From an uncultured Chloroflexia bacterium (GTDB lineage: Bacteria; Chloroflexota; Ktedonobacteria; Ktedonobacterales; JADMIN01), in assembly GCA_963718915.1 (NCBI GenBank), contig CAVRAI010000013.1:330001-362000 (forward strand): a stretch of DNA of 32,000 nucleotides, given 5' to 3'. How positions within the stretch are numbered: the stretch's first letter is position 1; every line of letters starts with the position of its first letter. Positions 8,475 through 17,646 of the stretch are shown piece after piece. A program made the translations under genes and the position numbers. The notes beneath the pieces are model-generated. The model saw only the letters and a program-made list of their open reading frames with translations, was not told where the DNA came from and searched no databases.

Positions 8475-10995
8475 TTAGCATTCGCTATAGCCGCAACTGA
8501 CACACTTCTTGCAGCCTTCCTCGTAGCGCATGGTGTTGTTGCCACACTGCGTGCAGAGGTTGCCGGTAACGCTATAGGGCGCCAGCATCATGGGATTTGG
8601 GCCTGGCAGATGACCGCCACTCCCATTGCTCATGCCATTGCTCATGCCATTGCTCATGCCATTGCTCATGCCATTGCTATACCTGTTGCTCCCATTGTTG
8701 CCACTGGCGGACGAATCATCCGTCGTGTCAACTGACGGCGCCTCCGATTCGGGCTGACTGGCGAGGCTCGCCAGATGCAGATCAATGGCGCGCGCCATAG
8801 CGTCTGGCAGCGAACGCACCCGACCAGCGCCAAAGCCAATCGAGGTGCTGCCACCAATCGCGCGAAGCTGGCGGGCCACCTCTTCAGCACGCTGGTTCTG
8901 TGAGATCGGGCTGTCGATCCGCAGGTGCAGCGAGATCAGGCGGCCCAGCGCCTCAGCCAGCGCCGCGACATCCGAGCCAGCCTTACCGATGTTGACGAAG
9001 ACCTCCAGCAGGCCATCCTCGTCACTGTTGAGCGTGACGTTGACCTTGCCCTCGGGCGCACGCACCTGGCGCGTGTAGCCCTGAATGACCTCTGGCCGCT
9101 CCTTGATGCCTCCGGAGTAGCGGCGATGCCTCTCCGCGACCTCCGCCTGAACCTCCGCCCGCGCTGGAACCTCAGCCTGGGCAGCGGTCGCCGTTTCTGG
9201 CTGTTTGTCTTTCACGCCGACGTTGAGCACCTGCTCGCCCTTGCTGCCGTCGCGGAAGACGGTAATACCGAGGCACCCCAGATCCCACGCCAGCATGTAG
9301 GCCTCACGCACGTCGTCATACGTCGCGCTATTGGGCAGGTTAATAGTCTTCGAGATGCTGTTATTGACGCCCACCTGGAAGGCCGCCTGCATCCGAATAT
9401 GCCACTCAGGAGCGATCTCGTGCGCGGTCACATACGGCGCGAGCGCGGGATGATCCGCCGCCCGATGCCCATGGAGCGAGCCATGTTCTCTGATGTAGGC
9501 GAGCAGCTCTTCTTTCTCGACGATGTCACTGGCCGCCAGCGCGCGTGCGAAGAATGGGTTGACGAAGTCCAGCACGCGATAGGAGCCATCGGGCTGCTTC
9601 ACCCGATGCTGGAAGGCCAGCGCGAAAATCGGCTCGATGCCGGACGAACAATCGGCCAGGATGCTGATGGAACCGGTCGGCGCGACCGTCGTACGGGTGG
9701 AGTTGCGCAGCTTCTCGCCATTCTTGTAGATACTGCGCTCCCAGTTCGGGAAGGCGCCACGCACCTCAGCTAGCTTCGCCGATTCATCGGTTGACCAAAC
9801 CTGGATGGCGACCATGACTTTCTCGCCGAGCGCCACCGCCTCTTCGCTGTCATAGCGGATGTTCAACTCGAAGAGCATCTCCGCCCAGCCCATCACGCCG
9901 AGGCCGATACGCCGGTTCGCCCGCACCTTGTCGCGTACCTCTTTGAGCGGATAGGGGTTGATCTCGATCACGTCATCGAGGAAGCGTGTGGTGATGCGTG
10001 TGGCAGCCTCCAGCCCGGCCCAGTCGACCTCGCCATCGCGAACAAACAGGCCCAGGTTGATCGAGCCGAGATTGCAGGCGTCATAAGGACCTAGATACTG
10101 TTCGCCACATGGATTGGTTGCTTCCAACATTTCAATCTCAGGGACAGGGTTGGCCGGGCTGGCGTTTGCGCGGTCGATGAAGACCAGGCCTGGATCGCCG
10201 GTCGCCCAGGCGGCGGAGACGATAGCGTCCATCACATCGCGCGCCTTGAGTGTGCTTGTTACCTCGCCTGTGTGTGGGATCCAGCAGATTGAACTCGGTG
10301 TCCGCTTCGAGCGCCCGCATGAACGCATCAGTGATGGCCACCGAGATATTGAAGTTCGTCACCGAGCCGTCGCGCTTGCAGTCGATAAACTTCAGGATGT
10401 CGGGGTGGTCCACTCGCAAGATGCCCATGTTAGCTCCGCGACGAGTCCCGCCCTGTTTCACCGCTTCGGTTGCTCCGTCGAAGATACGCATGAAGCTGAC
10501 CGGGCCGCTGGCCACGCCGTGTGTCGAGGCGACCATGCTCCCCTCGGGGCGTAGTCGGGAAAAGGAAAATCCGGTCCCCCCACCACTTTGGTGGATCAGC
10601 GCGGCGTGCTTCACCGCATCGAAGATGCCGCTGAGGCTATCCTCGACCGGGACGACATAGCAGGCGGAGAGCTGGAGATTATTGCCCTTCCCGGCGTTCA
10701 TCAGCGTCGGCGAGTTCGGCAGGAACTTGCGCTCCACCATAATCGAATAGAACTGCTCCGCGATCTCGTCGCGAGACGCGCCGCCCTTGCCAGCCCACTG
10801 CTCCTCCGCGGAGGCAACGGCATCGGCGACACGCCACGCCAACTTATCCGGTGTCTCGGCGACGACACCATTCGCATCTTTCAATAAATAGCGCTCGCGA
10901 AAAACGCGAAGCGCTGCCTCCGACCACTCGCCTGCCTTGCGCTGCGACGACGCAGCGGTAGTCGCCTTGCTGGCGCCAGCCTTCTTCTCTGCCAC
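8475..10995 (-). pseudogene. nrdJ: Adenosylcobalamin-dependent (class II) ribonucleotide reductase, frameshifted as sequenced
   Basis: Two overlapping track ORFs (10138..11109 and 8475..10328) together give a colinear NrdJ. Recognised motifs include FLPNSPTLMNAG, LSACYV, GGGTGFSFSRLRP, GPVSFM, KQGGTRRGANM, then ATNPCGEQ, CNLGSINL, SISKTINLP and a C-terminal CxxC..CxxCxxC zinc ribbon. The probable start is the GTG at 10995, with an AGGAGA SD 6 nt upstream. The frame switch lies at about 10269-10283. Confidence 0.9.
8623..8679. repeat. 12-nt perfect tandem repeat (ccattgctcatg x4.75) inside nrdJ, encoding (SNGM)n
   Basis: Counted directly: units at 8623-8634, 8635-8646, 8647-8658 and 8659-8670, plus a partial unit at 8671-8679. 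On the minus strand it is in frame and encodes NGMSNGMSNGMSNGMSNG, in the linker before the zinc ribbon. Confidence 0.95.
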
Positions 10996-11066
10996 GGCTG
11001 CTCTCCTGAGGGGGTAATCAACTGATGAGCTGTTCCGCACGGACCTGTGCGAAGGGGACAAAGGCA

Positions 11067-11094
11067 ATTGTAGCACAACATATAGATTTTGCAA
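11067..11094 (-). promoter_or_regulatory. Candidate sigma-70-type promoter of nrdJ (TTGCAA-16 nt-TACAAT)
   Basis: The minus strand reads TTGCAA (11094-11089), a 16-nt spacer, then TACAAT (11072-11067). This is about 70 nt upstream of the GTG at 10995. Confidence 0.4.
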
Positions 11095-11118
11095 TACTAA
11101 TTTTACCACATATTGTGT
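11075..11118. promoter_or_regulatory. Two candidate NrdR boxes overlapping the nrdJ promoter
   Basis: 11075-11090 (acaacatatagatttt) and 11103-11118 (ttaccacatattgtgt) match the 16-bp palindromic NrdR box as I remember it (ACACWATATATWGTGT) at 11/16 and 12/16 positions by hand alignment. The first box fills the promoter spacer. Centre-to-centre spacing is 28 bp, slightly shorter than the roughly three helical turns that are typical. Confidence 0.35.
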
Positions 11119-11341
11119 CGTAGGAGATTTCCGGTGTTTGGCACAACATCTTGTAGCTAGTCACCATAACACTGAGGACTCTTGTATAGTCCGCTAGCCT
11201 GAACTGGCCCCGACAACCACCGACACTATGCCACATCACCTGAACATGACGACATAATCATCGCAACCACGAGTGATAGAATGGAGCGGACTGTTTGCGG
11301 CAACGACGCTATTCACTATAACAGGATATGTGAGATGTTCT

Positions 11342-12625
11342 ATGCGCTCTGAAATACTCTCGGTTGGCACCGAACTGCTGCTCGGGCATATCACCGATAC
11401 CAACGCCTCCTGGCTGGCGCAGCAGCTTACTCCGCTCGGCATCGACCTGTTCTACGTCTCACAGGTTGGCGACAACCTGGAGCGCCTGAGCGCAACCGTA
11501 CGGCGCGCGCGCGAGCGTTCCGATCTGGTCGTCATGAGCGGTGGCCTGGGTCCGACCGAAGATGACCTCACCCGTGAGGCCATCGCCGCCGTGCTGGATG
11601 AGACGCCCCACGTCGAGCCACAGCTTGAGGCCGATCTTCGCGCGTTCTTCGCTGGGCGGGGCATCAGCATGCCTGAGCGCAATGTCAAACAGGCGTGGAC
11701 GCTGCCCTCGGTCACGATACTGCCAAACCCCATTGGCACCGCACCTGGCTGGTGGGCCGACCGCGACGGAAAAGTAATCGTCGCCATGCCGGGCGTGCCG
11801 TACGAAATGAAGCGCATGTGGCAGAACGAGGTTGCTCCACGCCTGCGTTCGCGCGCCAACGGCATCCTCTTCACACGCATCTTGCGCGTCGCGGGTCTGG
11901 GGGAATCGAGCGTTGAGGAACGACTCGACGCGGTACTGCACAGTTCCAACCCCACCGTCGCCACCTATGCCAAGCAGGACGCCGTTGATGTGCGCGTCAC
12001 CGCGAAAGCCGCCACATCGGAAGAAGCCGAGACGCTCGTCGCCGACGTTGAAGAGCGCATCCGCGCAACGCTTGGACAACATATCTTCGGCATAGACCAC
12101 GAGACGCCGCAGAGTGTGGTGTTGCGTATGCTCATAGAGCGTGGGATAACCCTGGCGACTATGGAATCCTGCACAGGTGGACTGCTTTCCAGCCTGATAA
12201 CCGACATCCCAGGAAGCTCAAACGCATTCCGTGGAGGGCTGATCTCCTACGCCACCGAACTCAAAGAGGCGTGGGGAGTTCCAGCCGAGGTCATCGCCGC
12301 GCATGGGGTTGTAAGCATCGAAACTGCGCGTGCCATGGCCAGCGCAGTGCGCCACCAGACCGGGGCGGATGTCGGCGTCAGTGTGACTGGTGTGGCTGGC
12401 CCGGATGAGCAGGAAGGCAAACCGGTTGGGACGGTGCATATCGCCGTCGCCTCGCCGCTAGGTATGCGCGACACCAGCCAGCGCTTCCGTGGGCCGCGCA
12501 ACGAGATCAAACTGCGAGCCGCCTACACCGCGCTCAACCTGCTCCGCCTTCATCTGCTGCGCGAAGGCCAGGCCGACCAGAGCCTGCAGTTGCGCAGGCG
12601 GCTTGATCACGAACTGAAGGTATGA
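11342..12625 (+). CDS. cinA: Competence/damage-inducible protein CinA (MoCF-type domain plus nicotinamide-nucleotide amidohydrolase PncC domain)
   Basis: I place the start at ATG 11342 (MRSEILSVGTELLLGHITDTNASWLAQQL, the canonical CinA N-terminus). Downstream motifs are LVVMSGGLGPTEDDLT, TLATMESCTGGLL and VSVTGVAGP. 427 aa. Confidence 0.9.
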   Translation: MRSEILSVGTELLLGHITDTNASWLAQQLTPLGIDLFYVSQVGDNLERLSATVRRARERSDLVVMSGGLGPTEDDLTREAIAAVLDETPHVEPQLEADLRAFFAGRGISMPERNVKQAWTLPSVTILPNPIGTAPGWWADRDGKVIVAMPGVPYEMKRMWQNEVAPRLRSRANGILFTRILRVAGLGESSVEERLDAVLHSSNPTVATYAKQDAVDVRVTAKAATSEEAETLVADVEERIRATLGQHIFGIDHETPQSVVLRMLIERGITLATMESCTGGLLSSLITDIPGSSNAFRGGLISYATELKEAWGVPAEVIAAHGVVSIETARAMASAVRHQTGADVGVSVTGVAGPDEQEGKPVGTVHIAVASPLGMRDTSQRFRGPRNEIKLRAAYTALNLLRLHLLREGQADQSLQLRRRLDHELKV

Positions 12626-12863
12626 TTCAGAGGTATCCGCCACGGTAATGGTACGTGTGTCGGATGGCTGGTAGAACAATTGATAGACGTACCAGCATCG
12701 TATCCGATTGCGCCGGCGCCAGGCCTGGAGTCGTATTCATCGGTAGCGGCTCAGTATGTCATGCTGTTGCCATTGATCGGTAAAACGATAGCTGTTCTGA
12801 GGCTCGGAGTTGCCGAGACGTCCACTGCCAGCCCAAGTGTTGCTGTGACGTGTTGGTAATCGT

Positions 12864-14255
12864 CTAGCGTCCCAGTGCAGGTACTAAACCCGATCGACAC
12901 CAGAACCAGCGGCGATGGGCGAGAACGTCAGCCAGGTAGGCGGCGGCGTGGTTGCCGTTGGCTGCGCTGTCGCCGTGGGCACGGGCGTTGGCGTCTCGGT
13001 CGGCATGGGTGTTGCCGTGGGAATCGCGGCTGCGTGGGCTGTCTGTGTCGCGGAGAGCGCCGAGAGGCTTGCGGGAGATGCGCCGCCAAATGACAATCCT
13101 CCATTGAGTGCCATCAGCGTCCCACCGCCGCACAAACTTGCCAGGAGAATCGCAGACGCCACCAATATCAGCATCCAGCGATACCGCGAAGCAAATCCCT
13201 GAGAAGCTGGGTGGCCGACCACCGCGAAGGACTCGGTCGTCGCATGCCGCCATCATGCCATTCGCACCGCTATGCGACGTTGAGAACCGGACCGTCTTAC
13301 GCTGCCAGCCACCCGCCAACGTGCGCATCGTCGTCCGCCCGGACCGTACGGCGGCATTGAGCGCCAGGGCAAAGCTGCGCATGTCAGGATAGCGCTGCGT
13401 CGGAATCTTCGCCAGCGCCTTCATGACAACCTGTTCAAGCTCAGGGGAAATGTCTCCGTTACGACGTGACGGAGGGACCGTTGGCTCGGTAAGGACAAGC
13501 GCGGCCACCTCGTACGGTGTATCCGCCTCATGCGGCACGCGACCCGTCAGCAGCTCATAGAGAACTGATCCCAGCGCATAGATATCCGCGCGCTGATCAA
13601 CCGCTCCGCCGCGCAACTGCTCTGGCGCCATGTATTCCGGCGTGCCTACGGGTAAGCCTGTCGCCGCCAGCGTCTGCGCCGCGTTGCCCTGGCGATGAAA
13701 CGGCACCTCTCGCGCAATGCCAAAATCCGTCAGCAGCGCGCGCCCATCCTTATCGAGCAGGATATTTTCTGGCTTGACATCGCGGTGCACCAGATCCACC
13801 GCATGGGCGATATCAAGCCCCGAGGCGATCTCGGTCACAATGCGGACTGACTCACGGATGGACAGGCTACCCTCGTCATCGAGCCGGTCACGTAATGACT
13901 CGCTGAGCACCGGCATCACCAGATAGAGCAGGTCGCCATGTTCCCCACCATTGAAGGCATAGACTTCGACAATGTTGGGATGGCGCAATTGCGCGACCCG
14001 GCGGGCCTCCGTACGGAAGCGTGTCACGTAGTTGGGGTCGGCGGCCAGCGCGGCTGGCAGCACTTTCACGGCGACCTCACGACCCAGCGGCAACTCCAGC
14101 GCGCGGTAGACCTCTGCCATACCGCCAGCGCCGAGCAGCGACTGTAACTGATAATCGCCGAGCTTGCGCCCGACCAGATTTCCTCCGCTCCCTGGCCCCA
14201 CCGATTCCACCTCTCTCCCGCACCCATCTCCAGAATTCCACGACGTTCCCAGCAC
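12864..14255 (-). CDS. Hanks-type Ser/Thr protein kinase; the C-terminal third has uncertain frame
   Basis: Kinase motifs present: LGAGGMAEVY, VAVKVL, HRDVKPENILL, DFGIA and GTPEYMAPE. The track start is a GTG at 14255. A GTG at 14201 preceded by GAGGTGG is an alternative start. After about residue 330 the annotated frame becomes W/R/C/H-rich, while the ORF at 12884..13222 in another frame encodes a TM helix and a Pro/Thr linker. Confidence 0.85.
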   Translation of the reverse strand: MLGTSWNSGDGCGREVESVGPGSGGNLVGRKLGDYQLQSLLGAGGMAEVYRALELPLGREVAVKVLPAALAADPNYVTRFRTEARRVAQLRHPNIVEVYAFNGGEHGDLLYLVMPVLSESLRDRLDDEGSLSIRESVRIVTEIASGLDIAHAVDLVHRDVKPENILLDKDGRALLTDFGIAREVPFHRQGNAAQTLAATGLPVGTPEYMAPEQLRGGAVDQRADIYALGSVLYELLTGRVPHEADTPYEVAALVLTEPTVPPSRRNGDISPELEQVVMKALAKIPTQRYPDMRSFALALNAAVRSGRTTMRTLAGGWQRKTVRFSTSHSGANGMMAACDDRVLRGGRPPSFSGICFAVSLDADIGGVCDSPGKFVRRWDADGTQWRIVIWRRISRKPLGALRDTDSPRSRDSHGNTHADRDANARAHGDSAANGNHAAAYLADVLAHRRWFWCRSGLVPALGR

Positions 14256-14312
14256 ATCGTAGTTGGGCTATGCCGGGCATTCTAAAGTACGCAAGCTTTC
14301 GGCGTCAACTGA

Positions 14313-16592
14313 CTAGCCCATTACTTGTAACTCCGAAAACACCCCAACGGTATCGCCCGCCAGGAGTGTTGGCGCTATGCCTGCCACATTTCCCAGCGCA
14401 GCAGGAAGAGGCGCCTCCACGCCTCCAGGCGAGATATGTAGTACACGCACGCCAAGCCGCAGCGCTCCCGCCTCCCGGCTGGTGATGAGCAGTGGCCAAT
14501 TGCGCACCACGTATATCTCGCCGGGCCGCCACCTCGTCAGTGGACGCCAGAGCGTCGTCGCAAAATCGTCCTCGGTGAACTCCGACCCATCGGCTCGAAT
14601 GAATACCAACTCTATCGCGTCATCAACCGTCAGTGGTTGCTCGACGCGCCAGTAGGTCGTCACTGTGAGATAGGGGTTGTTGACGTAGAGTGTGGGCGCT
14701 GGCGAGAAGCCGTACCCCACCAGATGCAACGATGAACCAAAGCGAATGGTAGTAGCATGCGGAATGGCATTCGCTGTCGTCTCGGTGAAGCGATAGAACG
14801 ACTGCGGCAGCCCCAACGGATCAGCCGGATCGAGCATTGGCCCACGTCCTTTGGCCAGCAACAAATAGCCGTCGTCGGCCACTACCACGTGATATCCGCC
14901 ACCGGTCAGCAAACTGCGCGCCTGCGTCATATACGACTGCACCGCCAGACTCTGTGGATACAGGCTGCCTGTCACATCGAGCAAGATATAGTCGGCGTCG
15001 TGCATATGATCGGGAAATAAATAGATGTGGCGGCGCTGGCTGATATGCGGCACAAGATCGGTCTGCGCCGAGACACTGGCGCCCAGGGGGATCCGCGCGA
15101 TGATAGCGTCGGCCAGCCGCGCGTGCGCCGTCACGACCGGCCAGGTAAACCCCTTTGCCAGGGACGTATAGCCGTGATCGCGCTGCGCCCGGAGCGCGAA
15201 GAGCAGCACGAGCAGCGTTAGCGCCACCATCAGCGCCCGCTGCAGCGGAATCCGCGCTATCCAGTGCGGCCACCGAAGAGTTTGCGCCGAAATCCGTGGC
15301 CGAACCTGAGCGCCAGCCCATGCTCCCAGACCCGCGAGCAATGCCACACCCTCGATTGCGGCAACGATAAGCACCGGGACGATCTCGGCGTTGTACTGGT
15401 AGATACCAGAGTACATCGGCGCATAGCTGCTCAGCATATTGATCGCCAGCGCGGGCACGGCTATGAGCAGCGTCAGGGGCGCGAACAGCGGCAGATAGCC
15501 CAGCGGCGCGAGCAGCGTACGCAGGTAGACGATGCGATCTGGGGCGAGGATATAGTCGCGCACCACCTGCACTGGATGCGTCAGCAGATAGAGCGCGACC
15601 TGCCCCGGCGAGTCACCAAACTGAGAGTAGCGCGCAACCGTCGGAGACTGCCCCAGCGGGCTGACGAGGTGCATGATCGCAAGCTCCGCGATCAGCCAGA
15701 CCATCGAGAGCGCGACCAGCCCCCAGCCAAGGCGGGCGCGACGCTGCAATACGACGATGCTCAGGCCTATCAGCGCGACATCGAGCGGGATCTCCTCCTT
15801 GGTTGAGAGCGCGAGCAGACAGGCGATAATCAATCCGGTGTTATTGCGCGACAGCATGAAGTAGAGCGCAAAGAGCAGAAACGCCGCCGAAAGCGTCACC
15901 GCGTGAAAGTCGTCAGTGACGGCGGCTTGCAGCGATGGAAAGAGCAGATAGGCTGCGGCAAAGACGATGCCCGCGAACGGACTGCGCAGACGCCGCATGG
16001 CTAGCCAGAACGCGGGGAAGGCGCCGCTCGCGACGATGAGCGCCTGTACGAGCTGGAGTGTTTTGGGCGAAGGCGCTATCACATAGAGCAACGAGAGTGG
16101 AAACATGATCGGCTCGAAGTGGATGGCGAGCCGAGAGATATCGCCAAGACAATTGTTGTCAGTGACACGGTCGCAGATCGTCTGGTGAAGCGGCGCCCCA
16201 TGGAGTGTGTTCCACAGCGCCTGATCCATGATACCCAGGTCTTCGGCGTGCGTCATATAGGCGTCGTGTAGCGCAAAGAGATAGGCTGAGAAGAAGACGG
16301 TGAAGGCCAGCGCCATCACGCCTACGATACCAAGCGCGACGCGCGGCCATATACCCTCTGGCGCGGGCGATAGCGGTGGATACCGGTCCAGCAGGCGAGC
16401 AAACGTCCGGCGCATCGGACGCAGCTGCGGGGCATTCCAGCACGCACGGCCTGCAACACGAAGCGAGCTAAAAGAGGACGTTACACGGGAGACGACATTT
16501 GAGGCCCCACGAGACCCAGGCGCTGGGGATCCTGAGGAAGCGGAAGAAGTGCTCGACGAATCGTCTGGCCCTGGTGTGTCCGTCGGAGTCAT
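14313..16592 (-). CDS. DUF2079-family polytopic membrane protein (predicted GT-C-like glycosyltransferase) with a large C-terminal extracytoplasmic domain
   Basis: I place the start at ATG 16592, with an AGGAGG SD 6 nt upstream, which avoids overlap with the upstream gene. HAEDLGIMDQALWNTLHGAPL....LAIHFEPIMFPLSLLYVIAPSPKTLQLVQALIVASGAFPAFWLA is the characteristic DUF2079 N-terminal signature. There are more than 10 predicted TM segments. Confidence 0.85.
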   Translation of the reverse strand: MTPTDTPGPDDSSSTSSASSGSPAPGSRGASNVVSRVTSSFSSLRVAGRACWNAPQLRPMRRTFARLLDRYPPLSPAPEGIWPRVALGIVGVMALAFTVFFSAYLFALHDAYMTHAEDLGIMDQALWNTLHGAPLHQTICDRVTDNNCLGDISRLAIHFEPIMFPLSLLYVIAPSPKTLQLVQALIVASGAFPAFWLAMRRLRSPFAGIVFAAAYLLFPSLQAAVTDDFHAVTLSAAFLLFALYFMLSRNNTGLIIACLLALSTKEEIPLDVALIGLSIVVLQRRARLGWGLVALSMVWLIAELAIMHLVSPLGQSPTVARYSQFGDSPGQVALYLLTHPVQVVRDYILAPDRIVYLRTLLAPLGYLPLFAPLTLLIAVPALAINMLSSYAPMYSGIYQYNAEIVPVLIVAAIEGVALLAGLGAWAGAQVRPRISAQTLRWPHWIARIPLQRALMVALTLLVLLFALRAQRDHGYTSLAKGFTWPVVTAHARLADAIIARIPLGASVSAQTDLVPHISQRRHIYLFPDHMHDADYILLDVTGSLYPQSLAVQSYMTQARSLLTGGGYHVVVADDGYLLLAKGRGPMLDPADPLGLPQSFYRFTETTANAIPHATTIRFGSSLHLVGYGFSPAPTLYVNNPYLTVTTYWRVEQPLTVDDAIELVFIRADGSEFTEDDFATTLWRPLTRWRPGEIYVVRNWPLLITSREAGALRLGVRVLHISPGGVEAPLPAALGNVAGIAPTLLAGDTVGVFSELQVMG

Positions 16593-16602
16593 GGGACACC
16601 TC

Positions 16603-17646
16603 CTACGACTCCGGAACTGGCTCAGCGGTTGGCGGCTGCACCCGGATGCCTCCAGGAGCAAGGTGGGCGGCGGTCACGCAGATCAATTCGGCTCCGGTGG
16701 TGAGCAGCCGCGCCATGAACGCCACGACCAGCGCCACTCCCAGACTGGCATCCGCACCGGATACGAGACCGCACGCTATAAGGAGCCCCGCAATGGCGGC
16801 CTCGCGGAAACCTAGACCGCTCGGCGTCAAAATGGCGAGGAAGCCAACATCCCAGCCCATCGCGTTGATACCGATGGCAAGCACGACCGCGACAACCGTC
16901 GATGGCGCATCGGTCAGCGAGCGAATCAGCAGATAGAAGCCAACTCCTCCCACGACCCAGCTCATCGCCCAGTAGCTTGTGATAATGAGGAGATCGCGGT
17001 AGCGCAGTCCCAGCGTCACCGGCTCGCGCCGCATCATGCGCAAGCCGCGATTCAGCGCACCCTGGAGGAGCCGCGGATGCAGCCCAACGAGGAGCAGTGG
17101 TACACCGACAAGGCCGATGCCTACGATGACATCGCGAGGTATAACCCGTGTCAACCCCGAGACATCCGGCCAGAACAAGAGCGACAGTGCGAACACCAGC
17201 GCCGCAGACGTGATCTTGGTGGCCAGCTCGATCACCATGCTCGCCAGCCCGATTGCCTTGGGTACGCCGCGACTCTCCGCGCCAAACACGCGTGCGAACA
17301 CATGCCAAACGTTACCGGGGATGTAGCGCACAAATTCCGCGCTCAGATAGATGCGCTGGCTGGAAATAATATCGAGGTCACTTCCGAGGCGGCGCAAGAT
17401 GCCACGCCAGACGAGCGCATAGGTGAGCTCCTGCGCGACGAACAGCGCCAACGCCGTCACCAGCAGCCCCCATTGCACGTGCCACTGATACTGCGAGAGC
17501 TTTGTCCAACTCGTACGGACACCGAGCGCCAGGAATATCGCGATCAGCACGACCACGACGAACTGCACGAGACGCTTGTGTACGCGCAGCCAGCCGACCG
17601 CCTGCTGAACGCTATCCGCGAGATGGGATGTTTTCTGCGCAGCCAT
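16603..17646 (-). CDS. Flippase-like / lysylphosphatidylglycerol-synthase transmembrane-domain (UPF0104) protein
   Basis: 347 aa, polytopic. LSAEFVRYIPGNVWHVFARV is the conserved motif of the LPG_synthase_TM family. Its ATG overlaps the stop of the upstream GT2 gene by 1 nt (TAATG). Confidence 0.85.
   Translation of the reverse strand: MAAQKTSHLADSVQQAVGWLRVHKRLVQFVVVVLIAIFLALGVRTSWTKLSQYQWHVQWGLLVTALALFVAQELTYALVWRGILRRLGSDLDIISSQRIYLSAEFVRYIPGNVWHVFARVFGAESRGVPKAIGLASMVIELATKITSAALVFALSLLFWPDVSGLTRVIPRDVIVGIGLVGVPLLLVGLHPRLLQGALNRGLRMMRREPVTLGLRYRDLLIITSYWAMSWVVGGVGFYLLIRSLTDAPSTVVAVVLAIGINAMGWDVGFLAILTPSGLGFREAAIAGLLIACGLVSGADASLGVALVVAFMARLLTTGAELICVTAAHLAPGGIRVQPPTAEPVPES

Noticed and set aside
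8373-8735. ORF containing the striking repeat AHAIAHAIAHAIAHAI.
   Set aside because: It is simply the antisense reading of the 12-nt tandem repeat inside nrdJ and is not an independent gene.
10996-11066. I looked for a cobalamin riboswitch in the nrdJ leader and for an intein within NrdJ.
   Set aside because: The leader is only about 65-70 nt, too short for a B12 element, and I saw no B12-box-like sequence. The NrdJ sequence is colinear with no Cys/Ser..HN splice-junction insert.
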